Of a stretch of DNA of 64,000 bases, positions 33,163 through 45,783 are shown one piece after another. Both the position numbers and the translations under genes were made by a program. Each line of letters begins with the position of its first letter. Position 1 is the first letter of the stretch. Source of the DNA: Minutocellus sp. GHC0000111 (lineage: Eukaryota); contig OZ361259.1 of assembly GCA_977018835.1 (NCBI GenBank), forward strand, positions 1,612,001 to 1,676,000, written 5' to 3'. Under the pieces are notes generated by a model. It did no database searches. It was not told the DNA's origin and worked only from the letters and a program-made list of their open reading frames with translations.

Positions 33163-33756
33163 TTACCGCCGTCTCTTGGCAAGTTGCCTCCTCCGTCCTC
33201 TTAGTAGATAGCTTATTGACCCACTGGTCCTGTATGAGTCGGGTGATACCACATTGGCACTCTCGGCGCTGCCATTGATTGTCTCAACAGTCATGATGAC
33301 AGTCGCATTTTCGGAAGGGCCAGTTACGTCTCCCATATCGCCTGGAACCTGAGTGATCGAAATAGATGGTTTGTCAAGCATGGCCTCGGTCGTGTTGAGG
33401 GAAGGTTCATTTCCCATATCAGCAGGAACCTGCGTGTTTTCACCCTGATTGGGAGTATCGTGGGTAGGCATTGCGACGGTCGTGTTGCCGGGTTGGCTAG
33501 CATGTGCTTCGTCGCCAGCATCAGTGCCCATCTCGTCGTCAGCGTCTGTGCCAGTTTTGTAACGAACGAGACTTAGGTCGACAGGGGGAGTGACACTCGT
33601 CTTTGTCTTAGTTATGGTAACGCTCCCTTCGCCCCGACTTGCCATAGCGAGCAATTCGGCTGCACTTTGAGCCGATGTGAAGGACGGCGTGCTGGAGGAG
33701 AAGGAAAGTAGCCAAAGTAGCGCCAGGGCTGGTCGACCGGAGATGTTGGATTTCAT
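33163..33756 (-). CDS. Secreted low-complexity hypothetical protein
   Basis: Signal peptide; QVP.DMG repeats; YLLRG-containing basic tail. Confidence 0.6.
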   Translation of the reverse strand: MKSNISGRPALALLWLLSFSSSTPSFTSAQSAAELLAMASRGEGSVTITKTKTSVTPPVDLSLVRYKTGTDADDEMGTDAGDEAHASQPGNTTVAMPTHDTPNQGENTQVPADMGNEPSLNTTEAMLDKPSISITQVPGDMGDVTGPSENATVIMTVETINGSAESANVVSPDSYRTSGSISYLLRGRRRQLAKRRR

Positions 33757-34531
33757 GCTTACGATGCAATGAGTTGTGTGGGCCGGCTAGCACGGTCGTA
33801 GTCAACGCAAATGTGGCAGGAACCAACGGTGGCTTGAAACCTTCTTTTGCACCACGATGATTATTGTCGAAAGAGTTCGGCCGTCAGCAGCAGCAGCAGC
33901 CAGCAACATACATGCATGGCACAGACTCTCGCTTCATTCTTGCCTTCGAGCTGCTTTTCCCAAAAATAAAACGGCACATGTGAGTTGAGTCGGACGAGAC
34001 CCATGACAAAAACACAACCCTGCATTCCCTCGAATCTCGGTCTTACGGAGACCCCTCCTCTTCTATCGATTTAGTCGGTCGAACGAGTCCAAAATTGACT
34101 ATTGTCGCATCTTCGGGCAGGTGGATCGACCTCCTCATCGCATCACGACCACCGCACGAACGAGCACATGGCGGGAATCACGGCTCTCGTCAGCCGCATC
34201 AAGTCAGTGGAAGTGTGGACTTCTCGAAGCTCTTCGACTCATTCATTCTATCACAGATTCATTCCAATCGTTCGCTTCATACCACCCTATTATCGGCATA
34301 AGCCAGTATCTTTTCATTTCTGAACGAGCACAACTCGTGTTCACTTTCTTTTTGATCGATCGATTTGTAGCCAAAGCGAACATTCCTCCGGCTTGACACG
34401 ACCATTCTTGGAATATCCATTTAGTCATATCTGCACTGCACCAACGTTCCCACCAAAGTCCATTCGAACGCGCAGCTCAACGCAACACAAATCAGCACAT
34501 AAGCAATTGCAATTGTATCTCTTCGAAGCAT

Positions 34532-37528
34532 ATGATGAACACCCACAAACTAAATCCATCGGCCGCACCGGCCGCATCTCCCGTCAATAAATCCAAGCCG
34601 ACCTTAAATATGACAATGAATGCCGGCTCTTCCGCAGCAAACGCCAGTGGCAACCCCTTCGATGATCCTACGGTCACTGCCCAAATCTCGACCAGTCAGC
34701 CGCAGACTTCCCTCATCGGAAGTCCTCGAAGCGTCACGACGAACGCAAACGCTGGTATTTCCTCGTCAGCTCAGCCGCCGGTTATGCCGCCGTTTGGCAC
34801 TGGAGCTGCCAATGCAGCCGCCACAGCTGGACCTCCTCAGCCCCAGCCGTCGGTGGCGGCACAGAATCCATTCGACGATCCCGAGCTGATCCGCTCGGTC
34901 GTTGGCGCTGGTACTTCTACCGGCTCTAGCATGCGTCCTCCTCTGGCAGGATCGATCGGCGGTGGGATTCCATCTGGAGGTTCAGCCATCGCTCCGGGAC
35001 AGCACGTACGACCCGGCCATCGATCGTCTCGCACTCTGTGTACCTCGGAGCTATCCTCGGTCGCCGCTCGAGCTGCAGCCAGTGCTGCCGCTTATGCTGC
35101 ACCGGCACCATTCCCCTCAAAGTCTGCAGCGACCACGCCGACCAACGCAACGTCACCGACTCATTCCAACCCCCATTCCACACTCTCCACACCGCCCAGT
35201 GCCAGCCCCACCGTGCCCAACAAGCAGACGGTTCAGGCATTGTCGGATTTGGCCGCGGCACTATCCTCGGCCCGGCCTCGTGCCAACACCGCCGAGGAGA
35301 CGCAGGAGGAGGCAGCGGCCCTGGCACGCGTCACGCTCGGAGAGTACGCCGTGGACAGCACCGGCGACAAGAAGAGTCATGCGGCGAAAAAGAAGGGACA
35401 TCGACGTATCGGAAGTGGTGGGGTTGGAGGTCCTGGAATCGTCGGTGGTGCCATGGACAGCAACGTGGCTGTATCACCTGGTAGCTCCCTGACGAAAAAG
35501 GCGGGAGGGGGTGGTGCTGGCCATCGCCGATCGGGGTCGATGGACAAGTTCAAGTCCCTCCTCACCGCATCACCGTCTGGCAAGGCCCCGTCACCTCTCA
35601 CCATCAGTCCCATGCGCCATCGCAAGAGTGCCAGCTTGAACACCGCCGACATGATGGACTTGGTCGACAGTATCAACGAAGCGGGTGGCGGATCGCGAAC
35701 CAACAGCATTGCGCATGGCAAGGGTGCCAAGATATTTGGAAGCATGATGGAAAAGATGTCCCCCCGTGGTGCCGGTAGAGGTAGCATCGGAGGTAGCAGC
35801 AAGGGATCGGCCGGAAGTGCCGGTGGTATACCCTTTGCCCCATCCATTGCCCCGGCATCGGAGAATGTAGGCGACGACAAGCTGAAAGATAGCAGCCACG
35901 GTGGCGGCGGTGGTGGCATGAGAGACATGTACCAGGCCCGTCGAAAGGAGGCGGCAGCTAGTGGTGGGGGTGGCAACCCTTTTGTTTCGGAAACATCGCT
36001 TTTGGGCACAGACTTTATCCCCTCGGTTCCCGATCTCGGTATAATGGTGGGCAGTTTGGATGATGATGACGACAGTATTGATACGCCCAGTGAGAGCGAC
36101 AGTGTGGTAGATGCTGCCAAGGCTGATGATGAGAAGGGACAGAACAATGAGGTACAGAGCCACGAGAGCTCGCACAGCGACAAGGACGACGAGAACACCG
36201 AAGCTGCAGTTCCCTTCAAGAGAAGTTCGCTGACCCATATGTCACCTCCATCGGCTGTTGAGTCGGAGACATTGCCATCAATGCGATCATCTGAACAAGA
36301 ACCGGCTCCCCATCAAGTTGAGATTCCGCCCATTGGTGATTTCGTTCTTCATGCCAAGCTCTGCAACGTCCTCGATGAGTATCGAAAGGTCGATCAGAAC
36401 TTTGACTTTGCATCGCTTGTGGGAATGGATCGAACGGAATTGGAGGAATTTGCGAATGGTTCTGGCGGTGGAAATACCACCCTTCAGGAATCGCACAGGC
36501 CCATCGTGTCTTCGATTGTCGAATCTGGTGATGATGTCGTCGTCGAAGGCTTTGTCCACGAGGTTGGAAGCTGCTCCCACGGAGATGCGCAGGATGATAC
36601 CGGCACAGCTCGCGATAAAGCCCCCGACGATCGAGTTGAGGCTGCCATCTTCTACAGTGCCAAGAACCGGCAATTCATCGTGGCATGGCGAGGCCCAAGT
36701 CATGACCAGGCCAAGCCGGTCCGAAACCGTCACCTCAAGGCTGCCAAGGATATGCTTGCCCACGACCCTCATAGCACCAATCTTAGCGCCGAGCAGGCCG
36801 TTCCTGTTTTCCCTGCCTACCGAGACTCGTACTTCAAGCCTGGCGTCGAAGAGGGTGTATTTACATTGCTCGATGAGCTAGCAGATCGCACTCCCTTCTG
36901 CGACGTCGTGATGACCGGTCACTCGTTTGGATCAGCTCTAGCGACACTCGCTGGAGCTCGATTTGCCAGCTCCCGATCGCAACTTCGCGTTTGTTGCAGT
37001 CTCTTTGGATCTCCCAGGGTTGGAGGAGTAGAGTTCCGTCACTGGGCCAACTCTTTGCCTAATCTCAAGGCTTTGAGAGTCGAATATGGCTCTGATCCAT
37101 GGGTGATGGCTCCTGAGGGTGCACCCTGGTCACACGTCGGCCACTCCATTGCAATCGATTCCACCGTCACATCCGTCAGCGAGAAAGACTTCAAGATGGA
37201 GAGCCTTCACCCCAAGCTCGGCGATCATGCCAAGAAGGACGAGGAAGAGAAGAAGGTTCCGGTCATCGCGAGGGCTTATCGCTTCGATCAGCATCGTCCC
37301 TCCGCTTCAGCTGGCAAGCAATTCCTTTCCACTGTTGCCAAGAGCATGACGGGAGGTCATCACGTCGCTACTAAATCAGAAAAGGGCGATCATGAATTGA
37401 GTGTATATGTTTATGCGGTGGAAAGGATTGCCAACCTCAAAATCCCCTGGGTATCAGACTTTGTCGGCGAAGATGCTGGCGAGGGCGTCATTGGAAAGGG
37501 TGGTCATGATAGGCGAATGTTTGTATAG
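34532..37528 (+). CDS. Class 3 lipase-like protein with long disordered N-terminus
   Basis: VVMTGHSFGSALATL, FGSPRVG, IVAWRG, RVEYGSDP; NPF motifs in the N-terminus. Confidence 0.82.
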   Translation: MMNTHKLNPSAAPAASPVNKSKPTLNMTMNAGSSAANASGNPFDDPTVTAQISTSQPQTSLIGSPRSVTTNANAGISSSAQPPVMPPFGTGAANAAATAGPPQPQPSVAAQNPFDDPELIRSVVGAGTSTGSSMRPPLAGSIGGGIPSGGSAIAPGQHVRPGHRSSRTLCTSELSSVAARAAASAAAYAAPAPFPSKSAATTPTNATSPTHSNPHSTLSTPPSASPTVPNKQTVQALSDLAAALSSARPRANTAEETQEEAAALARVTLGEYAVDSTGDKKSHAAKKKGHRRIGSGGVGGPGIVGGAMDSNVAVSPGSSLTKKAGGGGAGHRRSGSMDKFKSLLTASPSGKAPSPLTISPMRHRKSASLNTADMMDLVDSINEAGGGSRTNSIAHGKGAKIFGSMMEKMSPRGAGRGSIGGSSKGSAGSAGGIPFAPSIAPASENVGDDKLKDSSHGGGGGGMRDMYQARRKEAAASGGGGNPFVSETSLLGTDFIPSVPDLGIMVGSLDDDDDSIDTPSESDSVVDAAKADDEKGQNNEVQSHESSHSDKDDENTEAAVPFKRSSLTHMSPPSAVESETLPSMRSSEQEPAPHQVEIPPIGDFVLHAKLCNVLDEYRKVDQNFDFASLVGMDRTELEEFANGSGGGNTTLQESHRPIVSSIVESGDDVVVEGFVHEVGSCSHGDAQDDTGTARDKAPDDRVEAAIFYSAKNRQFIVAWRGPSHDQAKPVRNRHLKAAKDMLAHDPHSTNLSAEQAVPVFPAYRDSYFKPGVEEGVFTLLDELADRTPFCDVVMTGHSFGSALATLAGARFASSRSQLRVCCSLFGSPRVGGVEFRHWANSLPNLKALRVEYGSDPWVMAPEGAPWSHVGHSIAIDSTVTSVSEKDFKMESLHPKLGDHAKKDEEEKKVPVIARAYRFDQHRPSASAGKQFLSTVAKSMTGGHHVATKSEKGDHELSVYVYAVERIANLKIPWVSDFVGEDAGEGVIGKGGHDRRMFV

Positions 37529-37704
37529 AAGTAGCTGATAACTACTTCGCTATGATTTGATGATACGACGTACATGTCAAGGACCCGCTTGACACAGATA
37601 AATAATTATAATACTGCAATACTGTAAATAATGGCTATGAAATAATGGCTATGTTCGTAAGTTGTTAAATTAGATCGTGTGATGAATGCCTCACTTCTAC
37701 CTCA

Positions 37705-38480
37705 TTACATAGGACAATTGAAGTCCCAGATCTGACAAGTTTCAAGATCGAAAGAATATTCTGCTCCAAGAGGAGAATACGCGTACCCAAAAAGCTCTCC
37801 GGAAGTCTGAGCAAAATCGCGCACAAAGTCTCCTCCACAACCAAACTGGGCACACTGAAGGGTGGCAGTAATGTCGGTAGAGACACCATTCAGATTGCGT
37901 TCCTCAAGAGCGCGAGCAGGGCCGTCGCAGTGGTCGCCGAGGGCGCGCCGGGTGCCACTGCCCGGAGTGACGATGTAAAACTCAATGCCAGGTCCACCCT
38001 GTCTATCTTCGGTGATTTCATCTTCACCTTGAAGCTTGATGTCGTCGTCGCAATACCCGGGCCGGTAGAAAGTGTCGGTGATGTCAAAGGAGGCTCGCTG
38101 ACCAGGAATCATTGGGCAAAAAAGGACGGTCTTAGGTGGGCCCCGCTCCCGTTGCTTTTCGTACTCGTTGCAGGCGTCGCTGTCGAAACTACTGCCCTGA
38201 TAAATTCGACTGATTCGTCAGAGGAGTTCCACTCAAAGGCAAAGCCTCCAATGTCGCGTTCTGTCTCGTCGTCGTTGGCGACGATGTGGACAGTGCCTTT
38301 CACAACTTCCTCCTCACAGGGACAGGAACCGCTTCTCGATCCGGCGTTGTCAGCGGCGACAGCATCGAGTGCAGCGTCAGGAACAAATGCGGCATCGGCG
38401 GCGGCATCCTGAGCGCGGCGGTTGACGCGAGCCTCGGCGGTGAAAAAAGTGAGGGCGACGATAGCGGTAGAGAGCTTCAT
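37705..38480 (-). CDS. Secreted hypothetical protein with an apparent frameshift near 38200
   Basis: MKLSTAIVAL signal peptide; a second frame reads QGSSFDSDACNEYEK...FCPMIPGQ through to 37705. Confidence 0.55.
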
Positions 38481-39509
38481 GGTGATTTGTTGGATAATAG
38501 TCTGTTGATGAAGGTTGTTTTGAAAAAAAATAACACAAAGGGAGGGAAACGAAAATTATGCATAAAAATAAGTTAGATCTAGCTAGTTATCTTCTCGGAT
38601 CGCAATGTTAATTTGGACAAATATCATTTCAAACGCAATCATGTGCGGCTATTGCCTTAGCATCTCATGCAATTGAGAACTCTTCGATTGGGAAAAAGTG
38701 AACCGAAGTGGAATATTGTGATCGCCGATGGCTCTACTGGATGGAACAGATTGCCTTTACTTCAGCGATGCGATGGGAGCTTTTTGCCCGTCGCCAAAGA
38801 AAACCCAACCGCCGGAACCCTCGCCAAAATATGAATGTATGTGGTCAGAATGAAGATCGAAACAAGTCAGGGCATCTTCTTCTGTCGCAATTGTCCCCTA
38901 AAACCACTATCTTCAAATATGTTTTCGTGGTGACGCCAAATCGAGACATGGAATGTTGGTTTTTGAGGGCTTTGTGACATGCTGCCAGGACTGTGCCGCA
39001 TTCTTGTTGAGGATTTGGCGAAGGCCGAGCATTTGCCATTGCATCTTGGCTGCATCTGAGATTGGAGATGCGCTCTGGTAGATTTCTATCGCACATGACG
39101 TGCACCTTCAGAATGAAACTCTCGAACGCCTTGGTGTTCCGGCCACTCTGCGGCGCTGTCGCCGCCAGTTCCAGCAAACGTCGGGCTGGTCGTCGAAACC
39201 TCGACATAGGGAATTACCCGTCAAGTGTGTGTCACTGGTAGCAATGGGAGCGTTGGCGCAAGCCTCGGCCGGGGGTGGAGTGCTCCTGCTGATCCCAATT
39301 TTCTTGCTGATCCCGACTTTTTGCTGGGACTAAAAAGTTCTTCTGCCATGAAGGATTGGCCCGTCGAATCCCGCAGTGGCCATGACTGAGCCGATCGGCC
39401 GCAATGATTGTTTTACTTCGCCTGACTTTTCTCGCGGATCACAATTTACTCTGAGCAACCTTTCCATACACAAAAGCAACATACCAGCTGAAAAACAAAT
39501 CCTTTCACC

Positions 39510-40034
39510 ATGGTCATCAAAACTTCATCCAACGCTGACGCCGAGCAGGTCACCGTCAATTCTCTTGCAACAACTCACAAGTCTACTTTGTCGGTCTCTG
39601 CCGATACGAACTCGCCCTCGTCTTTCGCATTGCTCGACATGTCAGCCAAGGTCGACGAGATTAGGTCCTACTTTGCAGAGCTCGATGGCTCCAAAGATGC
39701 ATGGGAGCGCTTCGAACCAAAATTCAATGCGCTCATCCATCCTGACCTCGTCATCGAGGCTGGTCCAGGCCACACCATGTCGCACGACGATCTGAAATCT
39801 ATCTGTCGGGACAAGCTCATACCGAATGGATGCGGCGTGGTCATACTGGATGTGACTGATAATGGCGACGGCACAATCACATATGTGAAGCAGAATATCC
39901 TGCCTGGTGGTGAGAGAGATGGTCAGATCACTGCGCAGCGTGCCTGCTTTGCCGACGATGGAAAGATCGTTAGAATTACAAGTTCCGAAGAACTAGGGCA
40001 AGTGTTTGAACAAGTCCGGGCGATGAAAAGTTAG
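39510..40034 (+). CDS. Hypothetical protein, possibly SnoaL/NTF2-like
   Basis: 174-aa ORF; FNALIHPDLVI...DDGKIVRI pattern. Confidence 0.5.
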   Translation: MVIKTSSNADAEQVTVNSLATTHKSTLSVSADTNSPSSFALLDMSAKVDEIRSYFAELDGSKDAWERFEPKFNALIHPDLVIEAGPGHTMSHDDLKSICRDKLIPNGCGVVILDVTDNGDGTITYVKQNILPGGERDGQITAQRACFADDGKIVRITSSEELGQVFEQVRAMKS

Positions 40035-40540
40035 TATGGCACACAATAATATGAACTAAAATGACAATACATCCCAAAGTACTGGTGCATGCTGTTGGGA
40101 TTGTAGCAATAACATGTTCTTGAGGTGACGCTCTCCTCACAACGGCATTCTTTCTCTGTTTCATCATAAAGAAATCTGTTACGCGCACAGGTTTCTTAAT
40201 TTGCACATTTGGAAAAGGAAAATTTCAGGCGTGGATTTTTAGCGCGCAACAAGCAGATGATCAACAAACGAGCTGAGCACTCAACCGGCGATGTTGCTTT
40301 TCAATACATATCATGCGCCAAGGCAGTCCTTTGATTCATACATGTACGTGTAGCAGCATTCGATCGGAATAGAATCGGCGCTTCGATACGATGCAACTTA
40401 GAATCGGTTGATCCATCGGCGAAGGTTCCGCTTCGTCCTGTCTCGCGACACAATAGGCCATCCTACATTTGCAATAGGCAATCCTACATTAGCCGCCTTC
40501 TTTTCTCGGGCTACTTTGACTTTCACTTTGGTTCGCCATC

Positions 40541-41848
40541 ATGGAAGCTGGCGCCGGCACAAGTCGGCGCAAGACCGGATCAAAAAAGCGCAGAAGAACA
40601 TGGCGATCTGTTTCGTCTGCCGTTGCCATCGTGGTTGTGGTGATGATATCATCCCAGCTGATGCTCGTATTGCTATTTCTTGATGGCGAAAGAACTACTG
40701 GTCACCAACTCCTTGGTGAGTTGCAGTCGCCGCTACTAATATCAAGAATACTTTTTGAAACGAATACGAGCGCATTACAAACAACCAAGCCCGGAAAGAA
40801 GGCCAATGAAGATCGCGTTGCCGTCAAAAAACAGTGGTATCTTCTCGATGACTTAATACTCGCCTCAGGAAAGCCCTTCTCAGCAACTGAAAGAATTTCG
40901 ACTAGCCCGTCCATACTTCGGCCAGGCGACCTCGGTTCTATGGGAATACAAATACAAACGCTGGAATCGGAATTGCCAACGTACACCTGGAGAATGGATG
41001 TGGTGCACGCAGCATGGATGCCGCTGCATAGCGAAGCAGTCCGTGCAACGGGGTTGGGCCCAGATGCAAGGGCCGCCTCCGATGGTGGGCTCGCTGTCCT
41101 GGGGAGCTGGCCTGAAGAGCTTTCGCGACTATCGTATCTCCATTTGCACAAATGCGGTGGTACATCTCTCATGAATGCGATCGGGGATTTAAGGCAACGG
41201 CTGGGCGCCAAAGTCGACGTTCATGGGACAGGCCGAAAATTGACCAACCTTTTCGAGGAAGCACAGTCAGATCAAATCAAGATGAGGCAACGAATATCCC
41301 GTTCAGGCAATGATACCGATTCTAAAAGTTTGGGGGGACACGCAATCTTTACCGTGCTGCGAGACCCGGTATCTCGGATTCTTTCCTCCACTGGAGAAAT
41401 GATGAGGCATAATAAACTGCTGACAACCTCACTATCAAAAGAAGATTGCTTGAAAGGCTCTGTGACAGAGCTTTTCCAGTGTGTATTGACAAGGTTGAAG
41501 CAAATGGGGCCCTCCTTTGATCCACACTTCTTTCCCCAGGTGGTGGAAATAATGAAAATGACATGGAGTCAAAAGAATTTGTCAATCGCATTATTTCCGT
41601 TTGACGAAATAAAGCGAATTCTCCTTGAGCTCGGATGCGACAGAAATCGAAACGAACGGCCACGGGCAGCTTCTTCTTACTTTGAAAGTACAATGAATGG
41701 AACCAAACACGAGGACTGGGCGGCCACTCTATCCAAGATGACTATTGACGATTTGAGCGAGGATATGAAAAGAGAGGTGTGTCAAATTTATGACATGGAC
41801 GTGAAGCTCATGCGCTATTTTGGTATGCATGTTCCCCATTGTTCCTAG
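40541..41848 (+). CDS. Type II membrane sulfotransferase-family protein
   Basis: N-terminal TM anchor; YLHLHKCGGTS (5'-PSB) and FTVLRDPVSRILS (3'-PB); HFFPQ. Confidence 0.8.
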   Translation: MEAGAGTSRRKTGSKKRRRTWRSVSSAVAIVVVVMISSQLMLVLLFLDGERTTGHQLLGELQSPLLISRILFETNTSALQTTKPGKKANEDRVAVKKQWYLLDDLILASGKPFSATERISTSPSILRPGDLGSMGIQIQTLESELPTYTWRMDVVHAAWMPLHSEAVRATGLGPDARAASDGGLAVLGSWPEELSRLSYLHLHKCGGTSLMNAIGDLRQRLGAKVDVHGTGRKLTNLFEEAQSDQIKMRQRISRSGNDTDSKSLGGHAIFTVLRDPVSRILSSTGEMMRHNKLLTTSLSKEDCLKGSVTELFQCVLTRLKQMGPSFDPHFFPQVVEIMKMTWSQKNLSIALFPFDEIKRILLELGCDRNRNERPRAASSYFESTMNGTKHEDWAATLSKMTIDDLSEDMKREVCQIYDMDVKLMRYFGMHVPHCS

Positions 41849-42041
41849 CTAGATCAAGCTAGTAGGTTCATGTATCTGTTCACCATTCAAGTGTTGTGGT
41901 ACTACAGAGATTATTCTAAATAAACTACACAATTTCAAATTATCTCGATAAATCTGAAGAACAAAAATCACAACATACAGAAGGATACATTTAATTAAGC
42001 CGCGCGGGAGCCATTAGTTCATTGACTTTATTGAGGGAGAA

Positions 42042-44077
42042 TTAATTCCCCCCAAGGAAGAGCATTTCTGCCTCGGGATTGTCTGGGACTGGCGGCAACT
42101 CAATCGAAAATCTATTTCCTCCTAGCTCTTCGGGACAACCAATGAATAAATTCCATGCTGTCCCTTGATTCGGGGCTGTGATTAATACTTCGACCTTACT
42201 ACTTGATCCCGAGAAAGAGAGGGAGAAGGAATTAGATCCAGAGACAAGCCCTCCCGTATCAAACAACACATTGCCTTCGTATGAGATCGTGAGAGCATCA
42301 GGAATGGTATACATCTGATAATATACAGGAAAAGTGCCCGCGGTGAGAATCATATCGATTGTGAATCTATAGGTGCCCCTTCCACCTGATTCTCTTGTCG
42401 AGGGACACTGTTCGGCACACTCATCCGACTGTTCATATTGGGTTTGCTCGGCGATTGCATCATTTCTTGCATCGTCCCCGAGGAGGGCCACGGCAGCGTA
42501 AAAACCTGCCGCTAACACTTCGCAGGCACTCTGAGATCGCGGCAGCAACACAACCTGAATGACGTTTCCCTGCTGCCAAGGGCATGCGTCCCTCATGTTT
42601 CTATAGAAAGCGTTGTCACAATCGGCTTGGGAAAACGCATCATAGGCAGAGTAGCAAAAGTCATGGATGCAACAGGCGGGTCCAAAGTCGAATAGATAAA
42701 GGTTGCCGTCGAAGTTGAAGATTGAACCTTTTGCGCCGCAACCATTATCGCATTGGTCTTTGCACGCAAAGCAGTTAACGGGGTCACCATTTTCACCAAC
42801 ATGGCAGTTGGTCCAAATACAGTTGCCATCTGAGTCTTTTGTTTGCCAGTCTGAACACGAAGCAACTTGTAGGCCTCGTGTGTGAGGAGCAGCATCGAGG
42901 AGGCGACCGTTTGTACTATGCGAGCACCCAAAAGGGAGTTCGACGGCTTCGTCAGACAGGGATTCGGAAAAAAGGTCATCGGCAAATATGTCGGAGAATG
43001 TTGCGAATTCCGTTGTGAATAACTTTGCACCTGTTGTTTCTGTAAAGTGGGAAACAGTCGAGGCAGGTATTGCCATCTGTCCCTGTCGACACAATGAGGT
43101 GACCAACCTGTAGATTGTTGGCGACCTCTCCTTCGGCCACAACAGTGGTTGCACTGCAGTCTAGGATACGGAAGGTCTCGTCGTAACCAGTTGCAATTAC
43201 CGCTGGAACAGGCTCGTCGTTGGGGATGAAGTACCACTTGGCGTAAGGCGACGTGCGGCTCATTCCGTTTTCGTAGATCTGCCACAACGCATTCATCTCG
43301 CCAGGGCCGTCGCGGAAACGGACGATAACGCCGTCTTGATCACGGACTTTTAGCTTGGGAAGATGGTCGTCACGGCCAGCCATGGGGGAACCGATGAGCC
43401 AGTAGCATCCATCGCCGAATATGATGTACAGGTAAGAAATGTTGCCAGTCTTCTCACCGATGCAGAGCTGCTTGGCGCCCTGGAAGGCCTTGTACACGGG
43501 CATAACCGGGGCATCCTCCATCAACAGCTGAAGGAAGGTATCGAATATTCCAGACATATCAAAGAGAGGCCCTGTGCCAAGACATATTGAAGAAAATGTA
43601 TGGGAACATGCTATTCGGATTAAAAGAAATGAATTTCATGGCGCCATCAAATCGAGCCAAAGAAGGCCAATTATAATATGCATCAATAGACTTACCTTTG
43701 GCAATGCCGAATGCCCACCCATCCTTGCCGATGCCTTCACCGATGTTGAAGCACTCTTCGCTGTTCTTGTTCTTGTTCTTGACTTCCATCGATCCACCAT
43801 ATTCGGCTGTGTCGATCGGGGCTCTCCACCAAAGTTCACGGCCACTGTTGGCTTTAGCCAACTGCTTCTGCTCGGCATATCCAGGCTCAGAATCTACTTG
43901 AACAGGACCCTCGGACAAGAACTTCTTCCAGTCTGAGGCCGAATGCTCGGTGACAACGGCACCAAACGCGGCGGCGTGCATCTCATCCAGCTTTCGCTGG
44001 CCCTTGGTATGCGTTGTTGCGGCCCTGGCCGACGAGACGGTCAGCGACGCCCCGAGGAAAGCGGAGAGAAACTTCAT
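42042..44077 (-). CDS. Secreted multidomain protein with phospholipase A2-like motif; intron 43611-43695; probable frameshift near 43040
   Basis: MKFLSAFLG signal; GTAAGT..ATAG intron restores the frame (AK-ACSHTF); NGCG...FGPACCIHDFCY...DCDNAFYRNM. Confidence 0.6.
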
Positions 44078-44590
44078 TGTGTCGTTGAGTCTGCTTCGAC
44101 GCCCAAGTGCTACGTTGGCCTAGGTAGATATTTTCGATTCAATGAGTTGATGGAAGACAAGTGAAAGTCAAAGTAGCCCGAGAGCCGAGAGACGAGAGAA
44201 AAAGTGAAAAAGTGAAAAATTGTTCGTGGTGGGAAATAATGCGATATGTTGACCCCGACCCAACGATGTTACTGTTCTGCTTCGGCACACAAACTCTACG
44301 CGGCCCTGCATGTAACTGTTGGCGATGGACTAATTGATCGGTGACGATCACCTATCATGGCGGCCGGCCTTGCTTCTGCGCTTGGTTGTGATGGTTTTCT
44401 GGCGATCGGAATGCTTTTTCATCGGTCGAACGAGTCGAAATTATGGCAAGAACGCCTACATTGTAAATTCGGAGTCATGAAGATCCGACTTTTGTGTCAG
44501 ACTTCGCCTAACTGCGAACCGAACGCGAGTTGCAAAAGGCCCGCCGCGTCCTTCTCTTCATATCTCCACCCTTGCGTCATTATTCAGATT

Positions 44591-45622
44591 ATGTTGTTCA
44601 TGTCTCGCCTCAACATTTGTGCCATTGCGATCGGCGTTCTCCATCCCGCCATACATGAGATATTTGGCGTTTCTGCCCAGATCGAGCGGGACGGCTACCG
44701 GCAGGTGAACACGCTGCTATCTCATGCCTTTATGGACATCATTCGTGATGGGCAATACAACGCCATCTGCAAGTACAACGCAGGATTCGCCTTCCCCGAC
44801 GGCGTCGATGGGGACGAATACTGTTCGAAGAACGTCGTCGATCCGAAAACTTGCACGCGAAAGTGGAACAACAGCGAGGAACCCGCCGGCATTCTAGCCA
44901 AGATTGTCACCACGGGCAAGTTCAAGTGGTGCATCCTCGGGAGCGACCTTTGTCCCAACAACGACGATTCCTGCATCAAGAATGGATATGTGGGAGTTGC
45001 CGAGGAGGACAACGAGCTGCAGAGCATTGTCAAGGGTGACTACTACGGATCAACCATCGACAAGTTCAGCGCGCTGACCATTACTATGGGCAAGATTCTA
45101 CAAGTACTACTAAAGCCCAAATTTGTTGTGATTGATGATGACGGAAAGGATTTCTTCGTGGAGCTGACCAAGGCCTTGGCAAGCAACAAGTGCTACGCCA
45201 GCGAGGACTATCTCTTCCGCCATCCATATCGCGAGGCCGTCCTGGACTTTGCGTGCCCGACCGAAGGCATGGACTCGCAAGGGTTTGCCATACATGCCCT
45301 TCCTTCTAGCGGAGTCGATCCAGAGGAAGTTTACAAAGGCAAAGGAGAAGGCGTGACGGTCTGCAGTCCTGGCGAGGGTACAACCCAGAAGGCCCTGATC
45401 CACCGCGACCGTCCCAAGGCAGAGATAGTGGAAGTTCAGTTTACCGATTATGAGCCCGCCTTTTGTCGCCAGGATTGCGATGTTATTCTTGACGAGGTTG
45501 CGGACATATCGAAGATTTTCACGGACGCTGGATGCCAAGAGGACCCAATTTCATTTTCTGTTGCTCCTCCGTCGTCTGGTGGTGGATTTGTTGCATCGGT
45601 CACTTACCGTGCAACTAATTAG
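44591..45622 (+). CDS. Secreted protein resembling periplasmic solute-binding (PBP2) fold
   Basis: Signal-like start; LAKIVTTGKFKWC, YREAVLDFACP, TVCSPGEGTTQ, CDVIL patterns. Confidence 0.45.
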   Translation: MLFMSRLNICAIAIGVLHPAIHEIFGVSAQIERDGYRQVNTLLSHAFMDIIRDGQYNAICKYNAGFAFPDGVDGDEYCSKNVVDPKTCTRKWNNSEEPAGILAKIVTTGKFKWCILGSDLCPNNDDSCIKNGYVGVAEEDNELQSIVKGDYYGSTIDKFSALTITMGKILQVLLKPKFVVIDDDGKDFFVELTKALASNKCYASEDYLFRHPYREAVLDFACPTEGMDSQGFAIHALPSSGVDPEEVYKGKGEGVTVCSPGEGTTQKALIHRDRPKAEIVEVQFTDYEPAFCRQDCDVILDEVADISKIFTDAGCQEDPISFSVAPPSSGGGFVASVTYRATN

Positions 45623-45783
45623 CTAGCAAGCGAGTAACAATAACCCCCACTATCCCCACACTGATGATGCATGAACTGCAGAGGATTGAACGACGATTTG
45701 CTACATACATGAAATAAATTTGATTTTCGTTACCAGTATCATATGATAATCGCCATTCTCTTGCCTCTCGACAATCGAATCCT

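Noticed and set aside
43557..43700. Apparent frameshift between ORFs 43559-44077 and 42976-43557
   Set aside because: An 85-bp GT-AG intron (43611-43695) restores the frame.
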